A DNA stretch of 64,000 bases, taken from NCBI RefSeq assembly GCF_006345805.1, contig NC_042998.1, positions 163,804,001-163,868,000 of the forward strand. Direction: 5' to 3'. The translations under genes were made by a program, and so were the position numbers. Below, piece by piece: positions 50,804 through 61,167 of this stretch. Under the pieces are notes generated by a model. That model was not told where the DNA came from, ran no database searches, and worked only from the letters and a program-made list of their open reading frames with translations. Within the stretch, counting starts at the first letter, position 1. Every line of letters starts with the position of its first letter. This DNA comes from Octopus sinensis. Its lineage: Eukaryota.

Positions 50804-53800
50804 ACGGGCTTCTTTCAGTTTCCGTCTACCAAATCCACTCAGAAGGCTTTAGTCGGCCCGAGGCTATAGTAGAAGACACTTGCCCAAGGTGCCATGCAAT
50901 GGGACTGAACCCAGAACCATGTGGTTGGTAAGCAAGCTACTTACCACACAGCCACTCCTTGCCTCGTCATCTAATAAGAGGAAAACAAAAAGAATGTAGC
51001 CTTGTTTTGGCTAGAAACAAAAGTGTAACAAGGTGGTATCAAAAGTTTCCCTTACTAGTTATGTTTAATATAAAATAACTTATTTACCTAAGTTTTAATA
51101 TCATCTCCTTCAAAATAGTCACCCTGTGCAGCAATACACCATTCCCAGCATTCCTGCTACTTTTAGAATCTGTCCTGGAAGACATTTTCTGTAAGCAAAT
51201 CGAAGACCTTCTGCAATTCGCTCTGGAACTTGACAACGGAGTTAAAACGGCAACCTTTGAGCTGCATTTTTATCTTGGGGAAGAGATAGAAGTCCGTAAG
51301 TGCTAAATCTGGCAAATAGGGCAAGTGCAGAAGTGATACCATGTTTTTGGCATCAAACTCACAAGTGAGGGGAGCTCAGTGACAAGATGCATTGTCGTCG
51401 TGAACAATCCAGTTCTTGGTGCACCACAGACCCATTTGCTTTCACCGAATGTCCTCCTTCAAACATTTCAAAACATTGCAGTAGAACTCGATTGATGGGC
51501 TGGCCTTGGTGGAAGAATTCTCAATGCACAATACCACATTTCCGGGGATGACGCTCATGGCAGGACTTCCAGATCGCTCACTGTCATCCAAGGATGTTCT
51601 TCCACTTTGAAACATCCATGCCATATTGGCTTTTTGTTTTTGTCCATGACAAAATTGCAGACTACAGCATACATGTGATCACAAAAATACAAATTTCATA
51701 ACTTGCAAAGTAAAAATAGCAATATCATTTGGCACAGTCTCATGAAGGTCATTGCTAGTTGTCACTGTATATACAACTGTGTGCTTGCCATTTCTTGGCA
51801 CACTACATAACTAGTCCGAGAACTTTATCATACCACCTTATACATCATCATCGTTTAACATCTGCTTTACATGGGTTCGACGATTTGACTGAGGACTGGC
51901 GAACCAGATGGCTGCATCAGGATCCAGTCTTGATCTGGCAGAGTTTCTACAGCTGGATGCCCTTCTTAACTCCAACCACTCTGAGAGTAAAGTGGGTGCT
52001 TTTACATGCCACCGGCACGAGGGCCAGTCAGGTGGTACAGGCAATGGCAATGCTCAAATGGTGTTTTTTACGTGCCACTTGCACAGGAGCCAGTCCAGCG
52101 GCACTGACAATGACCTTGCTCGAATGTTTTTTCACGTGCCACCAGCACAAGTGCCAGTAAGGCGACTCTGGTAACGATCACGGAAGCCAGTTAGCTGCTC
52201 TGGCAACAATCACGCTTGGATGGTGCTCTTAGCACTCCACTAGCACGAATGCCAGTCATCGAATTTGATTTCGATTTAATACACTGAAACATTATCAAAA
52301 GATAAAAGAAAAACATCGCCACATCCCTAATTAACATAGATGTTCTCTGACTGAGCAACACCAAGAAATAAATATTATTCTAATCCTCATCTTACCTGAT
52401 GACATAGAGTCTTCATTATTTTAAGTCTTTTGTGTAAGGAAGTCATTTTCTTTTTAATGTAGTTGAGGCGATGAATCCCAATGGCATCATGTTCTTGTAA
52501 AACTGAAAGGAAATGAAACAGGAATATTCATGTTTTGTTGTTATTTAGCTTTAAATCAGCACTGATTGAAGCATTCGAAATTTTGTAAATATTCATTTTT
52601 TATTCAGACAATGTACAAGGGGATGCTGAAAAGTTCCTGGCTTTCAGTAAAAGAAAATACAGGAGGATCAGTTAATTATGATTTTATACAACATATTCCC
52701 CACTCAGATTCACACACTTATTGCAGCAGTCCTTCAGTTTTTCTAAGCCCTGTAAAATAACTCAGAAGGTTGGGCCTCCAGCCATGCCTTTCGCAATGCC
52801 CTTAAAGTCAAGAACTTTTCAGCACTGCCTCACATCAAAATCAACACTATCTGTTTTTAAAGACAGCAGAAAGTAATTTGAAACAGATTTAGCTGCATTT
52901 TCATCAAATCTAATGACTACATAAAGAACCCCTGGTTGACTCATATATATATATAATATATATTTTGTCTTGTCTTCCTAAAACACCGAATCTCTTCTTT
53001 TTATTATTCTGAAAGATTTTCCCAAACTCTATGAATATGAACTCTTCAGTTGCTCATTGCACCAAAATATCCTTTCACAAAACAGTTAGGTGCAGCACAT
53101 TACATCACTGTATTTATGTGTAATTCCATAAATGTGCTATAGAGGAAAAACAAGTCTTTCTATTATTTGTTTGACTTTCTGTAAATGAATAAACAAATGT
53201 TATCTTTTATCTTTTACTTGTTTTAGTCATTAGACTGCGGCCATGCTGGGGTACTGTCTTGAATTTTTAGTTAACTGAATCCACCCCAGTACTTGTTCTA
53301 TTAGACTCTTTTGCCGAACAGCTAAATTACAGGGATGTCAATACACCAAAACCAGTTGTCAAGAGCTGATGGGGGGGGGGGGCAAACACAGACACACACA
53401 CATATAGATATATATCCATATGGTGGTGGTTGCCCCCTCGTTATTGAGTATGGCCATTGCATGAAGCTTAATCAATGTTGTTATCATGCAATGCCTGTGC
53501 AAGAAGATTTTTTTTTAAAGTGAAGAAAGGCTGTGCACTGAGTCAATCCCACTCACTAAGCAACAGCAGCCATAATCCGAAAAGAAGAACAAATCAACAT
53601 CATCGGTAACCACTGAGCCGCAGGTTTTATGTCGGAGTTATCCCAGTTACCTGAGTTACCTCTCCTAGAAGGATGCCCTAACAAAGGCTAGGAGTCCTTC
53701 ACTCCCAATGGTTTAACTGCGCGATCGGGTATTCAGTCCGATTATTTCTATGTCCCCACGCATGATACAGCCTTAAGACATTTATTGGATGGCCATTGAC

Positions 53801-56437
53801 TCTCAAGAATTCCTCCGCCCTTTGACAGGTTTTGTTTTTCATCCCGCAGGGTGTCCAATAAACACCCTCCTCACCAAGCAAGCTTGGTGGGGTTGCTGGT
53901 TTAGTCGCCGACGACCCAACCATGCAATATATATATATACGACAGGCTTCTTTCAGTTTCTGTCTCCCAAATCCACTCACAAGGCTTTGGTCAGCCGAAG
54001 GCTATAGTAGAAGACACTTGCCCAAAGTGCCACACAGTGGGCTGAACCTGGAGCCACATGGTTGGGAAGCAAGCTTCTTACCCCACAGCCACTCCTGCAT
54101 CTATACTTACATTTCAGTAACTATTAGAAAGACTTGTAACTGAATTGGAGCGGATTGTTGTGTTTTGCTTACAAAGTGTGAAATGCTTGCAAATTAACAG
54201 TCTTGAGTGTATCATGCAAATGATAACACTGTAACAAAATTTTTCAGTCATAGGTACAGGAGTGGCTGTGTGGTAAGTAGCTGTATGCGGAAGCCTGACG
54301 ATGGACGATTGCGTCATTAAAGCAAGAGAGTTCATCGGTCGGGTAACGTAAAATTGTAATTGTGTTACATTGTGACAGAGGTTTATTGCCTCTGAAGAGA
54401 CTTTTAAAAGTGTAAATTGTAAATTGAAATTTTTGTGAAAATTTTTTGAATTTTTGTAAATTTTGAAAAGAACATTGTTTTAGAGAAGCAAAAGTCGGCG
54501 GGCGCTTTCTGACTTCTCCCATCACCATCTTCATCAACCACCACCATCATCCATTAATGTCCTTGTCCAGCCCGTAGCTACTCTGTGTGCTGCCCTAGTG
54601 GCAAATTATTAAAATAAAGTAGCTTGCTTACCAACCACATGGTTCTAGGTTCAGTCCCACTGCGTGGCACCTTGGGCAAGTGTCATCTACCATAGCCTCA
54701 GGCCAACCAAAGCCTTGAGTGTGGATTTGGTAGACGGAAACTGAAAGATGTCCGTCATATATATGTGTGTATATGTTTGTGTGTCTGTGTTTGTCCCCCC
54801 AACATCGCTTGACAACTGATGCTGGTATGTTTATGTCCCTGTAACTTAGCGGTTCAGCAAAAGAGACCGACAGAATAAGTACTAGGCTTACAAAGAATAA
54901 GTCTTGGGATTGATTTGCTTAACAAAAGGTGGTGCTCCAGCATGGCCGCAGTCAAATGACTGAAGTGAGTAAAAGAGTAAAGAGTCAGTAAGTGCTATTC
55001 CCTGTTTGCTTCTATCTAGAAATCAAAGAAATGGCTACTATTCCCTTAAAACTCTGCCTTTATGACTTGGACATCAATGTTTTGAAACTGACTTTTTTTC
55101 CATTACATTTCAGTCAGATTCAGTGCTGAGTTGCTCAAACAAAAATATCATTATAACAAATATTCTTCTCAGTACCACAGATTTGTTTGTCCTTTAGTGG
55201 CTGATGATATGTGCATCACTGATCACAACTAGAAGTAGTGGAGAAGCATCAAAGCCATGTGTTGAGAGGAATTCTTTGGGGTTTGAATAATTCACTTCTA
55301 GAAATATGGGGCTTTCATTCATCATCCTTAAACAACCCCTAATTCAGCGACCTTTTGAGTGGGATGGACTACTTGACCAGAAGAAAATTCTAACAGGACC
55401 CCACCTGTAAGGTCATGTGCTGTTGATCTTGATATGAGATCACTATAGTTCTATATTTAAGAGATGAGGAATTATTTACATTATTTACATTTTTTATTCT
55501 TTTAATTTACATTTGATGGATATTTATCCTCATCTCGTTTGTTATTAACACAACGTTTCGGCTGATATACCCTTCAGCTTTCATCAGGTATCTTAGGGAA
55601 ATTTCGAACCTGGGTTCTCATTCCTAAGGTATTTTTCGATGTTGTTGTTGTTGTTATTATTATTCAGGTCACTACCTGGAATTGAACTCAGAATCTTGGG
55701 GTTAGTAGCCTGCGCTCTTAACCACTACGCTATGCCTATGTAAATAATAAGATCACTATGTTGCACACATGTGGTTGTGATGCATGTGTCGGGTGTACCC
55801 TTATCAGAGAGGTAGTCATGAAGGGTATATTGGGTTTTGTATATTTGTACCCCAATGCTACTTTGATGACATGCGCAGCTCTCTCATTCAATAATAATAA
55901 TGATGCTTTCAAAATCTGGCACAAAACCAACAATTTCAGGGGAGGGACAGGCCAATTAGATCAACCCCAATGCTCAACTGGTATGTACTTTATCGACTCC
56001 AAAAGGATGAAAGGCAAAGTTAACCTCAACAGAATTTGAACTCAGATGGATAAAATGCCACTAAGCATTTTGCCTGGCATGCTAACAATTCTGCCAGCTT
56101 ACCACCGTAATAATAATAGTAATAATGTAATATAAATAAAATGCCAAATGCTCTGGTGCATGACTTTCAACCCACCCTGTATATCAGTGAGTAAGTTCCA
56201 TTAAATTAGTAAAATATCTTTACCATCAGGCTTCTGGAATAAAGGGAGGCTTGAAAACTTTGCATAAAGATGTTCTCCTTTACAACTGTTGTGTTCCTTT
56301 TGAACAGTCGCTTTTCCAGTTTCGTTAACATGTACACCACATAAGCTTCCACAATCAGGAAAGAAGTCTCTTCTTTCTCTTGAATTCCACAGTATTGAGT
56401 GAAAGTTGTACGGAGGATAATTCATAGAGAAAGTCAT
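24685..56437 (-). CDS. TAF1C: TATA box-binding protein-associated factor RNA polymerase I subunit C (TAF1C/SL1 subunit)-like; 15 coding exons, about 930 aa
   Basis: Spliced translation has motifs colinear with recalled human TAF1C: FIGGCL (TGGAL), LSPYIVGE (LSPHLPGE), SHPR (AHPR), LFLIDERF..PVLQWQH (LYLVDERL..PMLKWNH), ERLSDPIVGVA (ERLKAPTIGLA), FQLNSLGDIFYQ (FQLSAAGDVFYQ), C-terminal RKQKYQEGF (RKKPRMGF). Confidence 0.88.
27064..27280 (+). mobile_element. Mariner-derived MITE; opposite-orientation copy at 52613-52832
   Basis: TIRs gtgttgaaaattcctgg / ccaggaacttttcagcac; KCVNL.GEYVE transposase tail. Confidence 0.75.
27890..28425. repeat. Asymmetric inverted repeat (arms 27984-28145 and 28259-28425) between TA tracts
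   Basis: Arms are reverse complements; about 95-bp unpaired tail on the left. Confidence 0.8.
28710..28964 (-). CDS. TAF1C: TAF1C exon DGIMKSS...LSKKLYKHW, acidic tract ...TKSI
   Basis: atcaag|GAC ... ATT|gtaag, 255 nt. Confidence 0.82.
29443..29640 (+). mobile_element. Copy of CTGTTGA hammerhead-like family
   Basis: ctttCTGTTGAaGGGCatagGCTCGAAACataaaag at 29510-29545. Confidence 0.65.
30083..30246 (-). CDS. TAF1C: TAF1C exon IFEDVKGHVLCQLC...GVCKAC...SAIEV
   Basis: tttacag|GA ... GTG|gtgagt; open only in phase 1. Confidence 0.75.
30730..31186 (+). mobile_element. Mariner transposase 3' fragment with TIR
   Basis: HQDNAWPH, HPPYS.EIAPSDYHLFRSLQNH, SLPDR...VENEGEYILD*; ends gatgacccaata-TA. 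Confidence 0.85.
31215..31984. mobile_element. PLE pseudo-LTR-like element in a (TA)n tract; 598-bp palindrome (31387-31984) plus about 170-bp unpaired tail
   Basis: Arms are mirror images around TCTTC|GAAGA (31685/31686); GAAGA-GGCC...GGCC-GAAAC-AGCT-GTC hammerhead-like motif in each arm. Confidence 0.85.
32177..32502 (+). mobile_element. SINE family D
   Basis: Head gcgcatggcacagcggttagag, B-box-like gagtacgaatccc. Confidence 0.8.
32678..32903 (-). CDS. TAF1C: TAF1C exon LNSLGDIFYQAYG...KNWLEHL...; donor position uncertain (32678 or 32700)
   Basis: ctttcag|CTA; GD-FYQ motif; the next exon needs a phase-1 donor. Confidence 0.75.
33140..33748 (+). mobile_element. RTE-like LINE 3' end with (GAT)n tail (family C)
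   Basis: VKHDLRMLGL.EAM..DRDLWR.AV ORF end, internal gtgccagtggcacataaaaagcacc units, ttaggaagggcatccagctgtagaaac, gatgatgat tail; related tails at 19100-19500, 34835-35430, 43697-44030, 44380-44637, 51845-52280. Confidence 0.75.
33780..34380 (+). mobile_element. RTE-like LINE 3' fragment
   Basis: LERNEASML.WMCN, LREKLDIRG...VQER.LYWYGHV, RPRKTLDEVV motifs; (GAT)n tail. Confidence 0.7.
35468..35594 (-). CDS. TAF1C: TAF1C exon GDLYF...ERLSDPIVGVAG...MYVFQ
   Basis: ttctag|A ... CAG|gtatga. Confidence 0.85.
35742..36026. mobile_element. Hairpin insertion (inverted arms about 35739-35969 plus about 57-bp tail) with 14-bp TSD
   Basis: AGAAACTGACCAGT at 35728-35741 and 36027-36040. Confidence 0.8.
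36216..36412 (-). CDS. TAF1C: TAF1C exon VLQWQHMLEG...PWRISRP
   Basis: caacag|GTG ... GG|gtatgg; W-H motif. Confidence 0.85.
37217..38025 (+). mobile_element. SINE family A-related, split by the hammerhead element
   Basis: Halves rejoin across the TSD. Confidence 0.8.
37454..37848 (+). mobile_element. tRNA-headed SINE-like element with 3' hammerhead motif and inverted partial copy; 13-bp TSD
   Basis: TSD AACCAGTATTGAT at 37441-37453 and 37849-37861; box A TGGTGTAGTGG at 37590-37600; hammerhead at 37748-37793; inverted arm about 37479-37569. Confidence 0.8.
38930..39094 (-). CDS. TAF1C: TAF1C exon TSCRNPRDVF...LFLIDERFLCHP
   Basis: ttgcag|ACA ... CCA|gtaag; DER motif. Confidence 0.88.
39863..39995 (-). 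CDS. TAF1C: TAF1C exon SVQNVV...YASHPRSFVFTNQSAMELMDIR
   Basis: tttcag|T ... AGG|gtttgt; HPR motif. Confidence 0.85.
40295..40415 (-). mobile_element. 5'-truncated copy of CTGTTGA hammerhead-like family
   Basis: minus strand GAAGAGCGTAGGCTCGAAACGTTAAAGAC. Confidence 0.65.
40583..40654 (-). CDS. TAF1C: TAF1C exon SPYIVGECLVADHTNSVFLWDCNR
   Basis: ttttcag|T ... AG|gtacat; WD40-like FLWD. Confidence 0.85.
40984..41238. mobile_element. Tc1/mariner MITE
   Basis: TA-CAGG(T/G)TTGGCCAAAAGTCAC.TGACAGT TIR at both ends, TA TSD. Confidence 0.85.
41977..42112 (-). CDS. TAF1C: TAF1C exon TYCLTRTVDKCFLF...TYTSVNL
   Basis: ttttcag|CA ... AG|gtttgt, phases 1/2. Confidence 0.8.
43475..43697 (-). mobile_element. 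SINE family B, young copy
   Basis: Reverse complement match. Confidence 0.8.
44716..44835 (-). CDS. TAF1C: TAF1C exon KIITPKVNDSSLL...SCQTLYDT
   Basis: A|gtaag donor; only the weak ttgaag| acceptor keeps the frame. Confidence 0.65.
45745..46335. repeat. Inverted repeat element, arms about 150 bp, spacer about 275 bp
   Basis: Mirror ORFs 45631-45894(-) and 46177-46371(+) reflect the inverted arms. Confidence 0.8.
46470..46813. mobile_element. Truncated second copy of the 31215 element, also abutting (TA)n
   Basis: Near-identical to 31215-31585 (aaaatgagataggggttgtaaattcaaccc...ataactgac). Confidence 0.85.
47281..47392 (-). CDS. TAF1C: TAF1C exon HSNHKFIGGCLQTLN...GPDFKTI
   Basis: ttttcag|CAT ... 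A|gtatcc; GG-L motif. Confidence 0.8.
48199..48363 (-). CDS. TAF1C: TAF1C exon DATWQIHLLE...LDVQNVW
   Basis: tttgtag|GAT ... TGG|gtaag, 165 nt. Confidence 0.8.
50528..50960 (-). mobile_element. SINE family A
   Basis: Full-length match. Confidence 0.85.
51027..51840 (-). mobile_element. Internally deleted mariner element with TIRs
   Basis: aaggtggtatcaaaagtt / aactttatcataccacctt; PYLPDLA..DFYLFPKIK, W..CIAAQGDYFEGD. Confidence 0.8.
52396..52502 (-). CDS. TAF1C: TAF1C exon VLQEHDAIGIHRLNY...KTLCHQ
   Basis: tttcag|TT ... CAG|gtaag; phases 1/0 fit. Confidence 0.8.
54252..54985 (+). mobile_element. SINE family A interrupted by a 334-bp insertion
   Basis: Head split at AAGTAGCT duplication. 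Confidence 0.8.
55447..55749 (-). mobile_element. Second copy of the tRNA-headed hammerhead element; 10-bp TSD
   Basis: TSD AGATCACTAT at 55437-55446 and 55750-55759; box A 55722-55732, box B 55678-55689; hammerhead 55547-55592. Confidence 0.8.
55547..55592 (-). ncRNA. Minimal type I hammerhead ribozyme motif
   Basis: GAUAC-CUGAUGA-AA-GCUGA(AGGGUAUA)UCAGC-C-GAAAC-GUU-GUGUU; stem I GAUAC/GUGUU, palindromic AC-GU stem III. Confidence 0.75.
56224..56437 (-). CDS. TAF1C: TAF1C coding exon 1 (exon acceptor at 56473; ATG 56437) MTFSMNYPPY...LFQKPD
   Basis: ttgcag| acceptor, G|gtaaag donor, phase 1. Confidence 0.75.
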
Positions 56438-56574
56438 TCTGGCCTTTGTTTATCTTGTTCCACTTTGGTAGTTCTGCAACAAGAAGTTAAACTAAGTAAA
56501 TAATGATTATCAAAGCAGTGGGTTCATTTAATTAGGTACAAGATCAATTATATTCTATCCTAGGATATTATTTT

Positions 56575-57585
56575 TTATCTTTTACTTGTTCCAGTCATTA
56601 AAATGCAGTCATGAAGAATTTTTAGTCAAATGTATTGATTCCAGTATTTAATTTTTTAAGCCTGGTATTTATTCTATCAATCTCTTTTGCTGAACCACTA
56701 AGTTACAGGGACACAAACCCACCAGCAGTGGTTGTCAAGTGGCAGGTGGGATAGGGGACAAACACAGACACATGTAGATATATATGCATACACACACACA
56801 CAACAGGTTTCTTTCAGTTTCCAGCTACCAAATTCACTCACAAGACATTGGTCAGCCTGAGGCTACAGTAGAAAACATTTACCCAAGGTGCCATGCAGTG
56901 GAACTGAACCTTGAACCATGTGGTTGTGAAGCAAGCTTCTTACCACACAGCCACGCCTGTGCCTTTCTAGAACTTATTTTACAAACCAAGAAGAAAAGAA
57001 ATGTAAAATTCTGGTGGGGTTAGAACTCCGAGCGACATACAAAGACAGGACTAAATACTGGACCATTCCCCCTCTATTTAGATGAGTAGTTTTACACCAG
57101 GGTTCATATAAGATTTGGTTGACAAAGTTCATGTGCAATACACTGGTTATTCTTCTACAATAGATAAAATATTTTAACAGGCACAGCTGTGTTGTAAGAA
57201 GTTTACTTCCCAACTACATGGTTCCAGGTTCAGTTCCATTGTATGGCACCTCCGGGCAAGTGTCTTCTACTATAACCTTTGGCCAACCAAAATCTTATGA
57301 CTAGATCTGGTAGACAAAAACTGAAAGAAGCCCATTGTACATGCTTATATATCTACATATATCTATGTGTGTATGTCTTTGTGCCTGGGTCTGTCCCCCA
57401 CCAATGCTGGTGTGTTTATGTCCCAGTAATTTAGCTGATCAGCAAAAGTGGCCAATAGAATAAGTACTAGGCTTAAAAACACAAAGAAGTAAGTACTGGA
57501 GTTGATTCATTCAACTAAAAATTCTTCAAGGTAGTGCTCCAGCATGGTCAGTTTAGTGACTGAAAAGTAGTACAAGATAAAAGAT
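56575..57585. mobile_element. Divergently oriented pair of family A SINEs (56575-56960 minus; 57180-57585 plus)
   Basis: Consensus matches on opposite strands. Confidence 0.75.
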
Positions 57586-59969
57586 ATATTTTCTCAAATC
57601 TTATTATAAAAATACTACAGGATTTTTTAAACATCAAATGGTTAAGGGCCAGGGGAGTAAAATAGGAATCAAGGGGGTCTATAGACAAAATATGGTTTAG
57701 AACCACTGATCAAATGTAAGTTAGACAACACTGGATAAGATCTATCAACTGTGAGAGGCATGTGCAGTTAGCAAAGTGACACCAACAACTTAGCAATGAA
57801 ACAGTGACCAAATAGTTGTCAATCGAGGCTTAGTTCACTGTTACCTCTTGTTTATTGAGGAAAAGAGGAAAGAAAGAAAAGCAAAGCTATAATCTACAAC
57901 ACTGGAAGAATGCCATGTCAAACAAGGGCAATAGTTTGGCAGGGATTATACAGATGCCTTTCTGGGACTACTTGTCTACCAGTGACTTCTACCTGGCCTG
58001 GCACTCTTTCTCACCTGTGGCTCCACAAAATGTCTGCATATGACAATGAGCAAATTACTGAGCAAAGGAATTAGCAGGTGGGATAAACCAGGATGAGGGT
58101 AGACAATAAATTTTAAGATCTTGGTAAAATTTCAATAAGATGTTACCCTATGCCTGTGAGGACTGGATTTTCCAGCAGTCAATGCAATGAAAAAACAACT
58201 ATCAGTTATAAAGTTTCAACAAGAAAAAATATCCACCAATATTATGTGGAACCCACAAGGCAGAAAGTTGGCAGACTCATTAGCATGCTGGGTAAAATAC
58301 TTAGTAGTATTTCATCCACCTTTACATTCCGAGTTCAAATTCTGCCGAAGTTAACTTTGCCTTCATCCTTTCAAGATCAATAAAATAAGTACCAGTTAAT
58401 CACTGGGATCGATGCAACTGACTTACCCCTCCACTGAACTTGCTGGCATTGTGCCAAAATTTGAAACCAATATTACTGTGGAATCTGTTCCTTCAGAACA
58501 TGGTAAGGCTCTTAAACTTCCCTGTCATCTCAATGCATCCTTAACATACCTCCAGTCATATCAGCCAAACTTACCCCAGGTCTTCAAAGCCAGGGATGAT
58601 AGAGGAGGCTAGTCATCCAACCTACTCTCACTATAATCCATGTTCAGCCCAAGTCAGGACACAAACTTCTTCAAACAACAGACATCAGTCCTTTCATTGC
58701 ATCAGTCAGAGTATCACACACTCTATGATAATAAAACATTACCACTTCTGAGAAGATGTAATATAGATGGAGGCAATTATAAATTTCCAGCTACTTATGA
58801 GGCTGCATTGTTGTTTTCTGTAAGCCTTGGTCATCTTCGAAAGTGAGGGTGAACAACATTCTGCAGTCATTGCTGTATTAGCTACTTTGGTTCACAGCCC
58901 CACAAAAGAGCAAAGCATATGTATTAAAGTTCTTTTCAAAATGGCAGGGGGAAGCAAACTTTTCTGCAACAAAATCATACTAGAGCATAGGTGACTGATG
59001 GGGGAGTGAGAGGTGGGGTCCAATTAATTGACAATAAATGTTTTCCAGTCATACAGGTAAGGATTATTCCCCATCTAACACTGGATCTTGTTGACATAAT
59101 TTGAGGTTGGCATTTTCACCATTAACCAGCTATAGGCTAAAAACATTACCTTTTCAACCATGTAGTTCTATTGGGTTTCACATCATGGTGCAGATACAGT
59201 AAGAAGAATGTTGCATCCTATGTTTTTAAAGATGATGGACAACCATTTGGGCTAGTATTTTCTTCCACACACTTGGGTTGACCAATGTCTTGTAATAATA
59301 ATTTGATGGGCAGAAACCGCATGGAAACTTGAAATTTTGAAAAAAAAAAAACAATGTGTCAGTATGTGTGCATGCACACCAATTTCTTTTCTTTTTTTTA
59401 AATTAAATTATGATATAATCCGTAATCTACACTATTCGAAAGATATTCGCAGAAAATTTCATGAAAAGAATACGCATTTTCCTGAAAGTCATGAGGAAAC
59501 AAAAACCGGCTCCTGTGGATTTACCCAACTCCTCTCTCTACTCTACAGAAATTTTCCACAACAAATTCCGATACAATTGGAATCTACAGCATCTGATACG
59601 TTTTTGTAGAAAGTTTCATTAAAAAAATATTCTGAGAGTTATAAAAAAACAAAGTCAGTGACGGACACTCTTGCGTCTATATGCTCTATGTAGATCCTTT
59701 TCACCACGATAGGATATTTTGAGAAAATGTAGCTGTTATATCTAGCATGTAGGAGCTACTTCATTGATACGAAATATCTCGTTGTATGTTTTCTTATTTA
59801 TCTCCAAGAATATATGCTAGGAGATAAATAATAGACATTATTGCTATGAATGTAGCACAAGTTAAACACACGTGCTTAGTGAACATAACAAGACGACTAG
59901 CTAACTAGAATTTTTAACATATTTCTCTTTCTTTCGCAAATATGTGCATGATTATCAATACAGTCTTAC

Positions 59970-60060
59970 CTTTATTGTGTATTTACGCAGTCTTCATTCT
60001 ACTAAATATTTCTACCATGAGCATTTAAAGACCAAAGACGAATAAACACAACACAACATA
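59970..60060 (-). other. TAF1C: Probable non-coding first exon of TAF1C (5' boundary unknown)
   Basis: Consensus donor AAG|GTAAGA at 59970/59969 in a repeat-poor, locally CpG-retaining region; the downstream coding exon has an acceptor at 56473, upstream of its ATG. Confidence 0.5.
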
Positions 60061-60765
60061 AACATCAACAATGACCGATTTTTAAGCGGTGATATACCAA
60101 ATACGTTCCTAAGGAAAAATACGTACACAATTATTATCTGCATAGACTACTTTAGTTTTCAGTGCAACTGTCGCCTGAGATTATTGAACGTTATGACTTA
60201 TGTAATTCCTAATAACTTTCATAGGAAAACTGTAGAATCAAAGGAAATTAGTGATGTTCAGCGATGATAAATAGTAATACAAACTAGCAATACCCATGGA
60301 AGTTCCACGATTATTTTGAAAACAGCAAAAACAGTTGGAAGATTATAAAAGTTTATGAAAATACAGTTTCTTGAAATATTTGCTTCTTTATATGTTATAA
60401 GACTGCACGTAGTTTTGAATGTGCTTTTCTTACATCTCTGAAAAACCTCATCCTTGTTATCTATTTGTTTCCTCTCCTACTTTAGGAATTGTCGCTTAGA
60501 TTTTTTTATTTTATTTCAAGAAGTAAACTATTTCAATTATGGACAAAATCGAAAACAAGCTACATCTGCAATATTATTCTACTACTGTACAACTACGTTG
60601 GCAAATTTTAGATAAATTAATTCGCCGTTGGTAGTTCACAATACTAAATAGGTTGCGTGTGATGACCTCTGATATTTGAGTTTTCGTACATTTTCAGCTT
60701 GGAATGTTTATTTTTACAAGTGTACTAATATTTAACCGTTACTCACTCTTACTCTGTTGTTTTAG

Positions 60766-61167
60766 GGATCTTTTCGGTTTGAACGGCCGTTTTTAACATA
60801 ATTTCTTGGTAACTAAAAAATTTTAAACTTCGTATACTGGTAGAATGTGTTTAGAAAACATCTTTTTCTCTTGGCTTTATTGAGAAAATTCTATAGTTTG
60901 TAAGATAATTGTTTTTTTTTCTTCTATTTCTGCAATTTCAACCAATCACTGGCGTCTATTGAGGTAAAAAAAACATTCTGTGTCGCATGAATATGTCCCT
61001 CGTTTAAGAAACAGAATGGGTTTATTTACATTTCTGAAGAAAAAAAATACCCTCCTAACCCTAACCCAGACTGAAATGCAATAGATCGATATTAGGGTCA
61101 TAATTATGGGTGACAATTTCATATGACACCGCTAGAAAAAAACTGCCGTTCAAACCGAAAAAGATCC
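60766..61167. mobile_element. MITE with about 28-bp TIRs and 9-bp TSD (Mutator-like)
   Basis: GGATCTTTTCGGTTTGAACGGC / GCCGTTCAAACCGAAAAAGATCC; TSD TTGTTTTAG at 60757-60765 and 61168-61176. Confidence 0.85.

Noticed and set aside
55670-55736. Possible tRNA gene
   Set aside because: Boxes A/B are present but there is no acceptor stem; it is a SINE head inside a TSD-flanked element
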